Origin: Eledone cirrhosa
Taxonomy: Eukaryota
NCBI GenBank assembly: GCA_964016885.1
Contig: OZ024743.1
Location: forward strand, 159,154,001 to 159,218,000
Direction: 5' to 3'
Length of the DNA: 64,000 nt
Position 1 is the stretch's first letter. Every line of letters starts with the position of its first letter. The translations under genes and the position numbers were made by a program. Positions 34,480-48,236 of this stretch are shown in pieces. The notes under the pieces were generated by a model that searched no databases, was not told the DNA's origin, and was given only the letters and a program-made list of their open reading frames with translations.

Positions 34480-36005
34480 GTATATTTATTAAAATAACAG
34501 ATTAAATTTTAAGCAAAGAATCGCTGCTTTCCCCCTTAACGGATCTTCTGAAACTAACAAAGTCAATCTGTAAACGCAGAAGTGGATATTTCAAAAAACG
34601 TTGCAACCGGAGGAAGACAGGAAGACGATACTTTGGTTCGTGGAAACGTTCGCTGGGAAAGAACGGGAAAAACAAATATAATACGTCATTAATAGGAGCG
34701 GTGAAAAACAATTATGCGCAAAGACAGAACCACGCTTATGGTATAAAGAAGTCGTAGACTGAAACATACACGCATACAAATACGTACATATACAAGCATA
34801 CGCGAAAACACTTACCATAGGTATACAAAACCACGCACATATAAATATGTGTGTGTGTTTATGCCTGTATACACATAAATAAAAAATTAAATAAACGTAT
34901 ATAAATAAATAAATACGTATATAACAAGCCGACACACATACCTACATGTAAATACACAAATGTTCGGAGACGTAAGTCAACCAAAACATGAAGTACGCAT
35001 ATACACACACCCTACATACGTACGAACCTGCATACTCACACAGACGCAAAACTCCCGTATACACATAACCAAACCATATGTACCAGAATATATTAAATTA
35101 TACGCCATAACATATACAATCAAATATACGTACGAGAAGGTATACGTACCTTCACAAAACATACAGGTAATATATACTTACCTATGCAAATAAGTAATGG
35201 TATAAACAAAACATATACTTAGCTACCACATCAAGACGTAAAATATTCACGTATAGATCGTACTATCCGTTAGGGTATAACGTGGGGCTGTAATACAGGA
35301 AAGTTTTGTGCAATTTATGTTTACAAGGCGAAATTGCCTCTGATTGTTTGTTTAAGATGTGGTCTGTGGTGTAGAGTATTTCCAGGGCCTCAGCGGCGCA
35401 GAGGTCACCTGGTCTTTTATTTCCGTTATACGATCTAGCCCTAGCTAGGATCTCCCAGTGTAACTTATATTGGGTGTGGTTGTCTTTTAGACTCCAGATA
35501 TAAGCTGAAAGTGACGTCATATTCCTTCTTAGAGGGTAACGAAAAGAATGGGTATGCATATAAAGACGCTGCTTGAATCTATTGGCGGTTAACCCTAGGT
35601 AGGCCCTACGGGACGTGGGTGTTTCAACCTTACATTTGTAGACAATGTTACTAGAGAGGCATTTCCCGGATAGGGGCAATCAACCCGATTCCTACAATTA
35701 CAGTTAGTACTAACTACATGGTTGCACGTGTTTCTACGGCATGTAGTTTAGCTAAATTTGAAGCTGTGATGTTATGTGCAAGGTTAGGAGTCGTAGTTGC
35801 AATGTATTCTTAATTGGAATAGTATGAACATCATCCGTTGTATGGAGTTATCATGTTTGTAATACAAGAGACACTTCAAACATTATCTAGACTTCTGAGG
35901 ATATGTAGAGCGTATATAGATAGCTCGTATGTATACTGGTATGACCCAAATATGTAGAATAAAGAAATATTCTAAGTCTAACTTGATTGTTATTTCTATT
36001 AATAA
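34480..36005 (-). mobile_element. Penelope-like 3' portion (GIY-YIG, 3' UTR/pLTR)
   Basis: ORF 35263..35679 PLSGKCLSSNIVYKC…YLGLTANRFKQR is homologous to 23958..24674. Confidence 0.85.
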
Positions 36006-37940
36006 TTTATGAGCTCTGCAGCCCGTATCCTAGCTTTCTACAACAGAATAATCCAACATCTGAGAAAGTCCTTAGCCGATTTCGAATTATTGCTGTATCA
36101 AGGAACCTGGTTAGTATCGCGCTTCCCTCATATTTACCAGGATCTATATTCGAAAACCCTTAAATATACTGTAACCGCTCCAAGTGTGTTGACCTGTGGA
36201 TTACTACCCCTGGACAGATGCTAAGCAAAGATCATCTGCCTACATCACTCATCACTCATCGATACAGGATGCTGACTCATATCGTAAATTCTATATTGAT
36301 AGTGTCAATTCTTTTGTCCGAAAAATACGATGGCGCACCTTCCACCACTATAAGCGTAATAATAAGTCCAACAGATAGACAAATCTAACACAAACCTTTA
36401 TGGTTTCAAGATATACATAACCCCTCTGCATAATATTCTTCAGGACGAATTTGAGAATTACCTCATTGACATGGTCAAAATTATCAAACTTAGGAAACCT
36501 AACAGATATGTGAACTATCTTTTACACAATCTCAACTCTAGTGTGTCTAATTTCAACTCTAAACATATTTTATTCGTCCTAGCTGATAAAAGATGTATAT
36601 AGCATTGAAAATCCAACGTACAAATCTTTCATATATAAGGAACTGAATGGAAATTACTGTAAAACTAGTAATGATAACCTGCATAGTATCAAAAAAGAGT
36701 TAAATATATATAGTAAACAGACTTAATCTGGAAAGGTATACAGAACCATGTATACCGGAAACACCTAGATTCACCTTTAAGGACCATAAGGTAGATTTTA
36801 TAGAAACCATTCTATCCGACTAATTTACCCATGCTCATCAGATATTGGTAAAATAAGCAAACATATGTTATATAGAATAATATCAGAACTAAATTTAAAA
36901 AAAAGGTTTAGGTTATGGAAAAACACGAATGAAGTAATTGATTGTTTCTCTCAACTAACAAATAAAAATAGGTTACGTTTCCTACAAATTGACCTAGATG
37001 GCTATTACTCATCCATCTCACCTAATCTCCCAAATAGGGCCTTAATTATAGCTAAATCTGCTAGTAGCCTTACTAGAGAAGAAATAATTGATATTAGCGA
37101 AGAAGCTAGAAAAACGATAATAAAATTTGACGGTAGCATCTGAACCCGTAAGAACCCGATAGCTTCGACATAACTATGGGTTCTAGTGACTCGACCAAAG
37201 TCACGGATTTTGTAGGTATTTTAGTACTGAATAAACTGAAAGGCATCTTGAAGGTGGCTTATATCGAGATGATGCTCTCTTTGTTGTGAAAATTAATAAT
37301 AGGGGCACGGAAAACACAAACAAACTTCTGCATAGGTCCTTAAAAAAATATTGCTTACGTATAGCAATAGATAGAAATACTAAGGTGTTCAATTTACTAG
37401 ATGTTAGCCTAAACTTTGAGTCAGGTCTGTATACACCCTTCCATAAACCAAGCGAAGTGTTATTTTATGTGGATTCGAAGTCTAATCATACCAAATCTTT
37501 ACATAGAACAATTGTAATTAGTGCTTCTAACCGAATCTCAAGACTCTATTATAATATAAAGATATTTATTAAAAACACTGAATACTATAACGACGCACTA
37601 ACGAGGATGGGATATAAGGATGAATTATTATACTTAGAGAAACCTTATGACCACCCGAATAGGAATAACAATATCATTTCTTATAATTTGATTATAAAGA
37701 TGCCTAAACAGATTGCCTGGAATGTAGGCGGATACAACACCAGACCTGTTCCTTCGAAATTCTCAATTGGTAATAATCGTTTCTGTAGTAATCCACATAT
37801 TGGAAACAGCTATGATAGAGAAAAGGATAATAATAATAACTCAACACCCCCAAATTTACATCTCAAGCCCAAAATGATGAGTGACCACCATGGTCCTAAT
37901 ATTGTAGATATGACCATGACCCTAATATTCTCAAACAATC
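36006..37940 (+). mobile_element. Decayed Penelope RT, inverted relative to the adjacent GIY-YIG
   Basis: IRWR, LKDHK, SDIGKISK, LWKNT, YYSSISP, MGS, YRDD, FHKP motifs, as in 24787..26034. Confidence 0.85.
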
Positions 37941-38088
37941 ATTATGCCGCTTGCAGACTTCGTGTGCAAATCAATGTTGGCGTAGATTTCAAAAATGTGT
38001 TAGCGGAGAACCGTAAAATGAATTGCGTAGCTATTTTTTATCTGATCGCAGGGTAATATTATAGAATGCTTATTTTCTTGTATAAGAG

Positions 38089-39119
38089 TTGTTTCTACTT
38101 TGGCACAAGGCCAGCAATTATTCCAGTGCATTACTGGTACTTTATTTTATCGACCCCGTAAGGATGAAAGGCAAAGTTAACCTCGCCGGTATTTGAACTC
38201 AGATCATAAAGGGCCGTAACTCTTTGCTGCAAAGCATGGCGTCCGACCCTCTACCGATACTGCCAATCCACCTAATAATAACTATTTTCGGTTCTTTTAG
38301 ATTAATAATTATAATATTGTCATTTTATGTGCATATATATATTTATACATTTGGTGAGCATTAAAGGTAGATATGCAGTCCTATTTCTAATAATTAAATG
38401 TACGTAATTCTGCAAAATAATTATTTAATTATCTATCCATCTATTTTTATTTTCATTTCTATTTTATATTATATATATATATATATATTGTATTATATTA
38501 TCAACAACAGAGGGCGGTGGATTGGCAGTATCGGTAGAGGGTCGGACGCCATGCTTTGCAGCACAGTTACGTCCCTTTACGGACTGAGTTCAAATCCCGC
38601 CGAGGTTAACTTTGCTTTTCATCCTTACGGGGTCGATAAAATAAAGTACCAGTAATAAACTGGCTTAATTGCTGGCCTTGTGCCAAAAGTAGAAACAATT
38701 ATATTATCAACAATATTAAGCATATAAAAAGCGTGGACATGCGTTTTCCTGTAAAAAAATATTTTGTATCCTTGGTGAGGTGGTGTCCCAGCATGGCCCC
38801 AGCCCGATGGCTGGGGCCATGCTGGGATATCACCTCACCAAGTAAATGCTGAGTAAAAGAATAACAGAGTCAACTTATCAATGGAAAAATCTTTTCAAAC
38901 TAGGATTCATATGAAATCATATTCTTTCTTTACCATTTATTATTGTGGATTGGCAGTATCGGTAGAGGGTCGGACGCCATGCTTTCCAGCATAGTTACGT
39001 CCCTTTGCGGTCTGAGTTCAAATCCCGCCGAGGTTAACATTGCCTTTCATCCTTACGGGATCGATAAAATAAAGTACCCGTAATACACTGGTTAATTGTA
39101 GCCAAAAGTAGAAACAATT
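38089..39119. mobile_element. Three SINE copies: 38089-38272 (-), 38510-38700 (+), 38945-39119 (+)
   Basis: Matches to the SINE consensus. Confidence 0.9.
38771..38842. repeat. 72-nt palindrome (34-bp stem, 4-nt loop)
   Basis: cttggtgaggtggtgtcccagcatggccccagcc-cgat-ggctggggccatgctgggatatcacctcaccaag. Confidence 0.95.
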
Positions 39120-39510
39120 GACTAACTACTGTCCTCCTCCTTATTTCTGGTCAATATACACATATGTTCTCATATAATATTATATATGAAGGCCTTGTAA
39201 TTATTTTCTACTTTTTAATCATATGTTTGTTAATGTATAGATGTACATAAGTGTAATATTAGATATACTGTTTTTAATATAATTTTTGCTCTCCTTTTGC
39301 CTTTGCTTACGCTAGTGATATGGAATGTATTCTTACTTGGTATGAACCTTCTCCGTTGTATAGGGTTATTATGGAATGTAGATCGATGAAAAAATGCTTC
39401 GTATGTATCCTCGTATGGCCGACCATTCTATATAGAATCATATGTAGAATAAAGATATGGTGTAAGCATAATTTGGTTCTTGTTTCTATTAATACATACA
39501 TATATATATA

Positions 39511-40304
39511 TTGTTTGACCTGTTTAGCTTGATTTGTTTTTTGGATTAGGTGGTTAATGCCTCCTTGACCACTTTTTCAGTTTGTATGGCGTTTTAACAT
39601 ATTGTTTAGCTCTAGTTTTCTTAACTATTGCAGCGCTTGCCAGCATGTCTACGATTTTGCGTTTCGTTTCGCTTTTTCTACCAGCCGAAATACGATTCTC
39701 GCTGAATTTATATTTGTATTAATCTCCCGAGTCTTACAATTAATCTGTTAATAATTCTATTGACAGATTAATTGCATAAGTTTATTTTAAAAACTACCCG
39801 CTTGAGTGCTTATTCGATTTGTGCTATCTATACAATTTTTTGTTTGATATACACATACTGAATTCATTTACCAAAATCTAGGGTGTTTTCACCTTGTGAG
39901 TTACACATGTGCTTTTACAAAGTTCTACGTCATTCACAAATTTGGTGTAGAGCAAAATTACCAGTTGATAACGTGATATTCCTTTTTCGATCATTATGCT
40001 AAAAGCTTATTGTTTTAAGCAGACAGTATTATTGATTTAGGTGTCATAGAAACCCTGTATTTGGATTTTACCAACAATTCCATTTGGGTACAGGTCGGTT
40101 TTTATCATTTATTTTGTTTGACCTGTTTAGCTTGATTTGTTTTTTGGCTTAGGTGGTTAATGCCTTCTTGACCACTTTTTCAGTTTGTATGGCGTTTTAA
40201 CATATTGTTTAGCTCTAGTTTTCTTAACTATTGGAGCACTTGCCAGCATGTCTACGATTTTGCGTTTCGTTTCGTTTTTCTACCAGCCGAAGTACGATTC
40301 TTGC

Positions 40305-40310
<6 letters not shown>
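39511..40310. repeat. Unit with about 200-bp direct terminal repeats (39511-39710 and 40113-40310) between (TA)n tracts
   Basis: tgtttgacctgtttagcttgatttg…gctgaa occurs twice. Confidence 0.88.
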
Positions 40311-40351
<41 letters not shown>

Positions 40352-40354
<3 letters not shown>

Positions 40355-40903
40355 CACACAGCCCGTTTCGTTTCTTGTAATTTTGTATTTACCGCTGTGA
40401 CACCCCTCTTCCTGTTTTGCTCGATTTGTTGTCCCACCACGCTTTCATATCGACTCTCTACTTCTCTCTTCCTTTTCTCTCTCTCCCCCCCTCTCTTTCT
40501 ACACTAACTTTGCTGAGATCGCACGGAAAACCTCACTCCGCAGTTACATTGACCACAATTGGTTCGTTGTAAGTTTTTCTATTTTCTCCTCTGTTACTCA
40601 CTTGCATGTGCCATTGTCCTGCCCCCCACCAGCATTCGGTTAGTTTACTTCGTTTTTCCTCTTTCCTTTTTTCATTTTCTTCCTCTCTCTTCACTATCTT
40701 ATATTTTCTTCCTCTCAGGGCCTTTTGATTGATAACAGGCCTTGGGCGCACTGCTGATCGATTTCGCTGTCCTGTTTTAAGCGCCGAAACATGTATGATC
40801 TGTAGTTAACAGCAGATGAAGGATTTCTTCTCTTGTTTCCTCCCTATTACCATTTTAAACTTTGTTTGCAGTAACCACACAGCCCGCTTCGTTTCTTGTA
40901 ATT

Positions 40904-40904
<1 letters not shown>
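40352..40904. mobile_element. Small non-coding element with 32-bp direct terminal repeats, within (TA)n
   Basis: aaccacacagcccg(t/c)ttcgtttcttgtaattt at 40352 and 40873; internal gcgccGAAACATGTA. Confidence 0.6.
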
Positions 40905-40935
<31 letters not shown>

Positions 40936-40936
<1 letters not shown>

Positions 40937-41033
40937 TGCTCAAGGACATAACGCATCGCCTGGTCCAGGAATCGAACTCACAACCTTACGATTGCGAATC
41001 CAATTCTCTAACCACTCAGCCACACGCCGTCAC

Positions 41034-41069
<36 letters not shown>

Positions 41070-41190
41070 GTGACGGCGTGTGGCTGAGTGGTTAGAGAAT
41101 TGGATTCGCAATCGTAAGGTTGTGAGTTCGATTCCTGGACCAGGCGATGCGTTATGTCCTTGAGCAAGGCACTTTATTTCACGTTGCTCC
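40936..41190. mobile_element. Second tRNA-derived SINE family; its head is duplicated as a perfect inverted repeat around (TA)n
   Basis: A box TGGCTGAGTGG, B box GAGTTCGATTCC; 40936-41033 is the exact reverse complement of 41070-41167. Confidence 0.9.
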
Positions 41191-41316
41191 TTCTACCTGG
41201 AGTTGCGACCGATAGATAGTATTAGCAATAGGAAAGACCAATGGAAACATTGTTCCCTCGGTCCGGTTTGACGAAAGTCGATCGTTCCTTTATATATATA
41301 TATATAAATATAAATG

Positions 41317-41350
<34 letters not shown>

Positions 41351-41708
41351 AACATGTGTGAAATCCTTGGTACAGTTAGGTGTATTTGAAAAGAAGGAAA
41401 AGAATAACTTCACTTGTAGTTCTAAACAATTTAATTTTGTAAAATTATAGTATTATAAAATCAAATTGTTTAGAACTACAAGTGAAGTCATTCTTTTCCT
41501 TTTTTCAAATGTATACATATACATACATACATACATATATAGATATCCCGGTGGGAGAATATGCTCCGAAATCATTAGACGTGTCCGTCGAACCTGCGGG
41601 TCCAGAATCAGACAGATCCACACAATGATCGCGTCTCGAGTTGTCCGCCGGCGAAACAATTGTAACACAATAAATTGAGTTCAGATGCATCAGTGATTTT
41701 TCGTTTTC

Positions 41709-41833
<125 letters not shown>

Positions 41834-41893
41834 AGACTCGGGTTCTGCCATTTGTGCTCTTGCCGGTTCTATTAAGACTGTTAAGACTGTTAT

Positions 41894-43317
41894 TCTATAC
41901 TATAAAGCTGACGGCCGTATGTAGGTAACAAACCTTCCGCCAAACGACTGGACCAAACAGCACCAAATTTGCACCGTAGATGTAACTTTTTCCACGTAAA
42001 AAAGTGAGAGTATTTTTGTCTACTGACTTTTGTTAAAAGATTAAAGACATTATTTAAATATTCACTTCTTTAAAATTTCAAATATCAACACTTCCGGTTA
42101 TACGTCATTCCTCACTTTTTCTTATGACCTCGCACAACATTCCCCTGTTTTTCTTAGTCTGTCTTTTTAGATAGATACATAGCTATAACGTGGCGCCCTT
42201 ATAATATGTCTCTGTATGTCTGCTTGTCTGCATTAGATAACGTTTTTCGAAATATTTACTTCTGCATTCACAGACGGATTTTTTTAGTTTCAGAAGTTCC
42301 CGTTATAGGTGAAAGCAGCGATTCTTTGCTTAAACTTTAATCTGTTATTTTAATATATATATTCGTGTACAGATATTTTTGCATACACAAAAACAAAACC
42401 CTATTTATTTCACGAAAGCACAGACGGCTTATCGTCATTGTTACTGTTCGAGGTTAGAGGACCACAGTCTTTCCAAGATCTGAGAACCATCAATGACCAT
42501 CAATGTTACACTTACCGTTTGGCTTGCCAGATGCGTGGTATGTTATACGATGACAGCCATTGGCACCTCACTCTGCAAGAAGCAGCAACTGCTAAAGTCC
42601 CTTCTCAGCTGCGAAAACCTTTTGCTATTATGCTGTACAATTGCGATCTCGCCGATCCTCTCGCATTGTGGAACAACCATCGCGAAAGTCTACCCAAGGA
42701 CATCCTCCACCGCACACGCAGACACAATCCAAACGTAACATACGATGTCGTTTTCAATGAGGTACTCATTTGTCTTGAAAACAGTGTCCTAGAGATTGGT
42801 GGTAGGCCTCTAAAATCACTACAGCTTACATTCTCCTGACAGGAGTGTCCAGAGGTCAACGTCTACAGAGCTTCTCCGCGAGACGAGCCACGAAATCAGT
42901 GATTCTCCCATGGTCAATTGTATGTAGGATTCTCTAGGTTGAGCTCGCCAAACAATCCCTTCATCTTTGCTCCGCAGGGCCGAACAAAAAATATTGTATA
43001 CTCTGAGGCTCTAACAATGTAATTTTCTGTTACTTGGAATTTCTATTATGGTTGTACAAATTATTGTCTGTTACAAAATGTGTTCTCTGTTCAGCTTTTA
43101 TTGTTGTAACTATCAATTTTCTTTAACGTACTGGCTGCTGAACTGGAGAATCCTAAAAACTATTCAAACCCAACATCAGAGCACGTTAACCCCCCCCCCC
43201 CCCCTCATCCGTTGACTTGAGGGGGCGTGCGGTATCTTTCTACTGGAGTGTAGGGGGGATTCCTGAAAAGATACAATGTCGGTATACCTAGCCGGTGCCA
43301 GACGGACGGGCCAGTAG
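41894..43317 (+). mobile_element. Internally deleted Helitron
   Basis: 5' TCTATACTATAAAGC; RepHel remnant 42438..42839 (VRGPQSFQDLRT…W..TLQEA…QLR); PIF1 C-terminus FSHGQLYVGFSR…TKNIVYSEAL at 42903-43022; degenerate 3' hairpin/GTAG. Confidence 0.82.
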
Positions 43318-43627
43318 TATTTATATAAAACTAACTTACATTTGTTTGTCTAACGTTTATCACCCGAATACTGATTTTGGCTTAAGTTTAATATGCTTGT
43401 GAATGTAACTTACATCTACTACTATCTCGTGTTCATCCTCTCTATCGGTATCTTTTCCTTTGTTTGTTTTCTTTTTTGTCGTTCTCTTTCTTATCGTCTC
43501 TATTTTTTTTGTTGCTGTTTTCTTCCCGGATAACTCTTCCTCTTACTTATCAACGCACTATGGCGAGATGTACTGTCTTTACTGCGTTCGAAACATCAGA
43601 CAGACGATGAGCGGAAATTGTCCTTGT

Positions 43628-43671
<44 letters not shown>

Positions 43672-43778
43672 GTAGAACACTGGGAGGTAATATCCGTAGT
43701 GGTAGAGCACTCAGTCCATGGGACGAGTTAGGTAGAAGTGGTTACACAACAGTTAGTTCACCATACCGAGAACAATTG

Positions 43779-43880
43779 TTTCACCTTAGCGAATCCTCAG
43801 CTCGTAATGGACATGGTTATACGGAACAGGAAGGACGTATAACCATGCCCATTACGAGCTGAGGATCCGCTAAGGTGAAA
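43779..43880. ncRNA. 45-bp inverted repeat in which each arm carries a hammerhead core
   Basis: Minus strand: cgag-CTGAGGA-ttcgctaaggt-GAAA-CAATTG-TT-ctcg. Plus strand: cgag-CTGAGGA-tccgctaaggt-GAAA-tata. Confidence 0.7.
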
Positions 43881-43967
43881 TATATATATTTAAGTTTTCC
43901 TCAAAAGGTTTTTTCGTATTGCCTTGTTTTCTTTCGTTGCCTTCTAATTGTTAATTTTCCGAAGTTT

Positions 43968-44046
<79 letters not shown>

Positions 44047-44057
44047 GCATGCATATA

Positions 44058-44268
44058 CATGGCGATTCGAAAACATGATATCATTTGAGATGTAAGTATT
44101 CCAGAAACTGCAAAGTCTAGGACATCGAGCTTGTGTTAAATTAATGTTGAGTAACGTAAGACTTATTCCTCAAAATCTATAAACATTTTAACACTAACTC
44201 TCAATATATATTTGTAGCTTCTTACATATTTACATCTGAGATGATATCAACATTTTTTAAACACCTTG
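44058..44268. mobile_element. Tc1/mariner-like MITE
   Basis: TA|CATGGCGATTCGAAAAC.TGATATCAT versus reverse-complement CAAGGTGTTTAAAAAATGTTGATATCAT, with TA on both sides. Confidence 0.5.
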
Positions 44269-44558
44269 TATATTTGTACAGACATATATTAAAATATCGA
44301 TAAATATGTACGTATATATTTTGGTATTATCATCATTTCAATAGTCTCTAGAAACAGAAAAGTCAGCAATGCTTTGTCTGGCCCGTAGTAAATTTACGTG
44401 ATATTTCATACACTATATATTCGCGTGATTCAGCATGTGTGAGTCCGTATTATTATTTTGATTTAAGCCGAGGCTATTTATCTGAATCAGCAACTTCTAT
44501 ATGTCATCTTAAAGATTTAGTTTCTATAATAAACTAACAAAAATGATAATAATCGACG

Positions 44559-44597
<39 letters not shown>

Positions 44598-44899
44598 TAT
44601 ATACATATATATATGAAGGGTTTGTGCGTCTGAGGGTGCGTGTGTATTTTTGATCATACATGGCACAAGTAATATAGGTGGGGAATTACATGTAAAGAAA
44701 CATGTAAAAACGTTGCAAGTGTACTCGAAAATCACATACACATACTTAAACATTCCCCATCGCTTTGTCTCTCTCTCTCCCTCTCTCTCTTCGTCTCTAA
44801 CTCTCACACAAACGCCCACTTATATGCTTTTATGTATGCGCGAATGTAGTTATTAGTTATTGGCAATTTGATACTACATAAAGCCAAGGAACCCCATAC

Positions 44900-46410
44900 A
44901 ACTGTAAAGCCCAGGTCGACTCACAGGATTGGCGACTTACAGCATTGGCGTATAAGAAAATCAGAACCAGGAATGCGGATACAATTGCATCCAAATTCAC
45001 ATAACTCCCCGAGCAAACTGAAGACGTTGTAACGGAATGGAGACTGTTTAAATCGGCAGTTTCAACTTCAACTTTTACATGCTGCGGGCAAAGCAGCTGG
45101 CCATTCTTGCCTCTCTCACCCTCAACAAACTGGCTGGAAGGCAGCACTTCCGTCTCCAATCCGATTTTCCTTTTCAGGTGAAACCTGAAAACGTTAATGA
45201 GGGTGTCACCGAAGAGGAACGTGCCCGTCTTCAACCCTTTTAGACGCGTCCACATTTATCATGGCCACCAGGCAGATTAAAACTGCCTGTCCCTCTTGGT
45301 TAAGGGAGAGCAGCGTGGCAATCTTCACGATGGACTCAGCTGATAGCCAAATCCGTCCCACACTCCACAAAAGATGTACGACATAAACCCACAAGTCAGC
45401 GAAGCTCCCACAATGAACGAGTGCGTGCAGGACGGTTTCGTCACCATGTGCGCATCTTGGACAGGCCTGGCTGACGACACTTCTATGACTGTAGAGTTTA
45501 TTCCGAACTGGCAAAGCTCCCCTGTAACACTGCCAGACAAGGGATTTCTGGAAGTTGTCCATGGGCTGCGCCCTGAAAGTTCTCCGGAAGTGATTGGCTA
45601 GTTGATTTTCGTTTGTGCTCAGAGTCTCCCCAAGGACATCGTCGCTGTTTCCCTTCACTAAACCTCTATAGAATGCCAAGGTGGACTTTCCACCGAGCGC
45701 ATCCGCCGACTGGTCGAAGGCTGTGAGCACCTGAAGACATTCCAATTTCCAATGGCTCCCTCTCAGTCTTCGCTTGACCCAGGACTGCAGCTCTGTCAAG
45801 GAGACGAGCTGGGGAAATAAGCGTCTAGCAAACGGCGACCACACGTGTTCACCGTCGAAGAAGAGGTGGTGATGCCTTAACCCGAGCGCATTTCTGCGCA
45901 TAAGCATCCACGGCATGCCCAGTCATCCGAGTAGCGGGTGTTGACATCAGATGGAGCGCCTGACCATCGGAGAGCGCCCCTTCCACAAAAAGCGAAAGAG
46001 CAAACGCTCTAGCGCAGTCATGCGAAGCTTAGGACAAGGCACAACGGTCAGGTGGTAGTAGATGACGGACTCGATGTACGCATTCGCCACCTTCGCTCAA
46101 CCTTTCAGGGTTACCTTCCTCTCGGCTCATTTCTGGGTGAGAGAGTCCACCTTGTTCTTCACCTCGTCCCAGTTTTTCTCCGTCAGGAGGTCCGGACCGA
46201 ACCGTAACCCTAGCAATTTAACAGGCCCGTCCGTCCAGCGCCCTATGACGCTTTTGGACGAGATAGATTTGCCTATCCAGGTACCGAGCCGCAGGCCCAC
46301 TGACTTTTCCTGGTTGATCATTGCTCCTGTCACCGCCTCGTATCATCTTTGTGTGGTGCCGATCGCCTTGACATGTTTGGCGCTCCACACCACTACGCTA
46401 ACGTCGTCGT
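44900..46410 (-). mobile_element. Older 5'-truncated Tx1-like copy
   Basis: ORFs 46127..46333, 45206..45916 and 44857..45255 are homologous to the C-terminal half of family B ORF2. Confidence 0.9.
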
Positions 46411-47079
46411 TCTCCCGCACCGCAGTTGTGCTTTGGGGTGTGTTATACATATAATCGTTTAATCTATTTAGTTGTTTCTTTGCTTGAGCTATTTTTCGCA
46501 ATATGCTGTCCTTATTTAATATGTATTATTTTGCGTTGTGTATATTTTACCTTAATCACATGTATTTTGGTTTCAAACGTCTGATTTTAGATTTTTATTT
46601 GTTTAGTCTATTCAATTGTTTGTTAGGTTAACTATTTGTGTTTAGGATAAAGTTTTGAATTTTAGTCTTCTTTATTATTTAGTTAAGCAGGAATTTTTCA
46701 TTTTTATGTTCGCAGTTAAGTGTGAATGTGTGTTGGGTAGGAAGATTGGTCTCATGTAGTTTGACATCATATTTGTTCGGATTTACGTACTCGTTAAGTG
46801 GGATACTGACTTGACTTCCAGAAGTGTTTGGATTCAGTTAACAGACAATTACAAAGGTTTTATTTAGACAGTCCTATTTTCAAACGATAAGTGTGACTGT
46901 TCGTTGTTAAGTTAGTGGTATTTTCTTATAGAAGGGTTATAGAAGGATTGATTGAGCATAATATAGTTCGTTCAAGAACCTTATTCTATAGTGTTGGTGT
47001 TTATTAACAGGGGATTGTTACTTTTCTGAGATAATATGTTTAATAGCTTTACGTATTAATCAATATTATAATATATGTA

Positions 47080-48236
<1,157 letters not shown>

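Noticed and set aside
41070-41150. Possible tRNA gene
   Set aside because: Has A/B boxes but continues into a SINE body and lacks a clean acceptor stem and oligo-T terminator.
43525-43600. aacgca…tgcgtt-cGAAAC as a hammerhead remnant
   Set aside because: No intact CUGANGA or stem III/cleavage triplet.
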